Below, piece by piece: positions 60,901 through 64,000 of a DNA stretch of 64,000 nucleotides; position 1 is the first letter of the stretch, and each line of letters opens with the position of its first letter. A program made the translations under genes and the position numbers. This stretch comes from Perna viridis (lineage: Eukaryota). The notes under the pieces are model-generated. The model did no database searches and had not been told where the DNA came from. It saw nothing but the letters and a program-made list of their open reading frames with translations. The DNA is taken from the NCBI GenBank assembly GCA_037379345.1, contig CM074512.1, positions 64,253,597 through 64,317,596 of the forward strand, in the 5' to 3' direction.

Positions 60901-62682
60901 TTAAATTTCAGCTTAAAAAGTTAATTCCAAAGACTCCATGTGCTCAAGAGGTTATAACAAAGCATTGAGAGTGGATAGTATAGAGATGTCTTTTTCTGTT
61001 ATGGAAAAGAGTTCAACTTCATTTATTCAGGATTTTATAAATACAACTTATGTTACTAGCCCATTCAACACATTGGATTGCAGATTTCCAGTTTTTTTTT
61101 TTCTGTCTGCAGAATAATTTCATGTCGGTAAATAAAAGTTCCTATACAATAACTCTCTACATAGGTCTAGGATTTGAATTGACCATGAAATCTTATGATT
61201 GATCAGACTATAACCCTTCTATGAACTGTATAAATCTATCTTCTTGCAGTGATATATGTATGATATGACAGAAAAAAGCATTAGATCCATATCTCACTAC
61301 TCAGACTTCATATTTATAAAGCTCTGCTGATCCACATAAGCTCTTCTCTCAGTTTAATTTACACTATATTGCTTCATGTAGGTTTATTTATGAGTTAGAG
61401 GTACAGGTATTTATTAAGTAATTTTATGTTAAGAGGTTGGGTGCTGTCTTCTGACATAAATGCAAATGTTACTGTGTTTAGGTTTTTGAAAGTGGTCTTC
61501 ACATATTGAAACATCTTGAAAATTCATGTTAACCTGGCATAAAGAAAAGAGTAGTAGAATTTTAGAGTTTATATAACTACAATGTACACATCAATGAGAC
61601 CAAAAATCTCTCAATTTAAAGCTGTATGAATGAAATGAGTAAAAACAGCTTTATGCCTTGGAGTTTTAGAGTTCACTTGGTGACTTATCATTCTACACAT
61701 AACCTAAGTTTTGACAAAAATATACTGAAACACCAAGACAGATGGATTATTCCAAGACATCTTCATTAATTTGGTCATTTGTACAATTTGAAGGAATCTA
61801 TACATATTTTAAAACAGGAATGATTTTCTTGCGTTTTTGTAAGCAGAATTCTGCTTTTTCAAATCTGGAATTAACTATTTCGATTCCTTTTTTTTACTGT
61901 ATATTTACTTCTGATTTGGCCAATTTCAGTTTTGTTTCTTGACCTTGTGAAATCAGGTCTGTTTAAAGTTCTAAGCGTTGTAAGCATAAAAATATAACAT
62001 TTTGTGTAATCCAGTATAGTGTTATAGCCAATCATTCTCCATGTCTTTTGTTCAGTTGGAAGTATTTCTCAACATATGTTCTCTAAAGCTTGGAATCTGA
62101 TCAAGGCGGTTTGGTTTACACATTTCTGAAGAGGAATTTAACAAACAGATGACCAAACAAATAAAAAAGCTGTTATTATTTGAAATCTTTTCTCTCATAT
62201 TCCATATTGTATTTCATTTGATCTGTTGCCTGCTGGGATTATAATGATTTATTTTGAAGTTTTTGGCAAATTTCTTTTAGATATTGACTTTTGATCTTTT
62301 CTTTTATGTCCCCTTTTTCTTTCTCGTGTATTGCAAACAATTATTTAAAGATGATGTTGCTATTTGGCTTGTTCTTGACTTCAAATTCTTTGGTTGTTTT
62401 AAAGTATTAGGAGTGTTTTTGTCTTAATCATAGGCACGATACCCTACTTAATTTAGTTTAGTTGGTTTTATGAAATTTTTAAGGATATTTTTATACCGAA
62501 AGTACAAGACTTTGGGTACAAAGATGTTTTTGATTCTTTCTGCGAAAGGTTCATGTCCGTATGAAAACCTACCCGGTACTTTCCAAAAAAAAATTTGTCA
62601 CAGAATTACTAACAGTTAGTAAATTTATCATTGCATTAACATACACTCATTTTGACCATTCATTTTTCTTGATTTTATTTAG

Positions 62683-62970
62683 TTGATTGATTGATTGATC
62701 GTGGTTTTATGTCCTATGGTAGATATTTCATGCTTTTGCAAACGAGACTGTTTGACAAATTAGAACTGACCCTCATTGTACCAATCCAAAAAGCCTGGTC
62801 TTTATTGTGCTAGCTCACAGAAGCAACAGTCTGCAGGTAGGCATGGCAACCTATTTGGGACACATTATTCCAACTTAGCGAACTGGTTTCCACTCTATTA
62901 TACCCTAACTACCACATGCTTGGTGGAAAAGTAGTGCCTACCAATGGTGTAACTTAGCTGAGGAACGAAT
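62683..62970 (-). mobile_element. Degenerate SINE (Meta-type bivalve SINE-like) with (TCAA)n tail
   Basis: (ttga)4 tail on +; body gtgctagctcacagaagcaacagtc...ggacacattat resembles a recalled bivalve SINE body; tRNA head decayed. Confidence 0.6.
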
Positions 62971-64000
62971 TGTTCAGTTTATTGACTGATATACAAATTG
63001 ATGTGAAATATTTTCATAAAGATTAAAGATTCAGATTTTGTTTTTCTTTGAGACAGATATATAGTTCAGAACTATAAAAGAAAGCATTGGTTGAGAATGA
63101 ATAGATAAATTTATGATATAATTAAAGTATTTTTTGTTTATAAGCTTCCTATTAAAGTCAAGTATAATGGAATCTGAAAGACTTTAATGATTGTTTTATG
63201 GTTAAAAAGTGTGCTGTGGAGGAGGCCTTTTCATCTTACTTCAAAAAGATTTATAATGAAATGTAATTAGCAATCTTATAAAAATAGATCTGGTTTCTGA
63301 TTTTGTGTTTTTACTGTATACAAAGTCATACTGATATAATTATTGGTTTTGGGTGTTAGTTAGTGTTATAAGGTTAAAGTAAAGATTGTCTGAAGATATA
63401 ATTCTTTCTCAAAGTACCTAAGAAAATTGTTTAAGTTTTTCAACTGAACCCCAATACTAGGTAAAGTAAATGAATTTTCTTCACTATATCAAAGCTGGAT
63501 TAAAGGCAATGGCCATTCAAAGTTAGTATGGTCCAATATTATTACATGCCTATAGGATGGTAAATAGTTATTGATCAAGTCTTATAGAAACCGTTCTGTA
63601 CCAATTCACCATTATGTACTGTGGTGTATTTTCAGAGATGAAATGGGGTTGAACTTTTCTGTGGTTTTGGGGTTTCAGGTTTTTCAAAACGATTTTACTA
63701 TGACAATTCTTTGTTTGGCTATGTATTTATTCTGATGATGCCAATATTCATGTCCTGGTTTTCCTCCTGAATCATCTTCAATTAATACAGGATGGCTTCC
63801 TTGGAATGTGATGGAAAATTTAAAAAAGTATGCTTCACAATAAAATAAAGAAATTGAATTGAGTTCAAATTCTTGTTTTGAGGCTACCTACTTTTCCCTC
63901 TGCATTGCATGTAACTTTAATAAATGATAATTGCATTATTCAAATCTTGGAAAATTGAAGAAGTATATATCACAAAAGATTAAGAAATAATTTCTTCATA

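Noticed and set aside
46651-64000. CNH-domain exons or nested genes among the many 60-90 aa ORFs
   Set aside because: No recognisable motifs; composition is intronic and the ORFs are random F/L/I/K-rich frames.

Overview
AT-rich eukaryotic (metazoan) genomic DNA. The repeat content suggests a bivalve mollusc (inference). Most short ORFs in the supplied track are spurious. Four genes are supported. (1) A secreted, low-complexity N/S/T-rich protein of ~523 aa on + (signal-peptide exon 1957-2032 spliced to 2995-4490). (2) The large terminal exon of a second, probably related secreted protein on + (11896-12995), whose 29-aa repeats carry HGDHxH histidine-triad motifs. (3) An intronless ubiquitin-like + degenerate vWA gene on - (14116-15417). 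(4) The 5' part of a Ste20/GCK-IV kinase gene (misshapen/mig-15/MAP4K4-TNIK-MINK1 orthologue) on +. I reconstructed it by hand as 21 phase-compatible GT-AG exons from 19592 to 46650 (596 codons), plus a candidate 12-nt microexon. A >17 kb intron follows; the CNH domain is not in the window. Non-coding DNA holds MITEs (5-bp-TSD hAT-like, TTAA Kolobok-like, Harbinger-like), a SINE remnant, a 117-bp satellite and several minisatellites. The most unusual observations are: a 9-copy tandem array of an exon end plus its 5' splice site; a matching array of 3' splice-site sequence at another exon; candidate microexons; and two neighbouring secreted proteins that contain no Cys or Tyr, one with Pht-like Zn-binding motifs.
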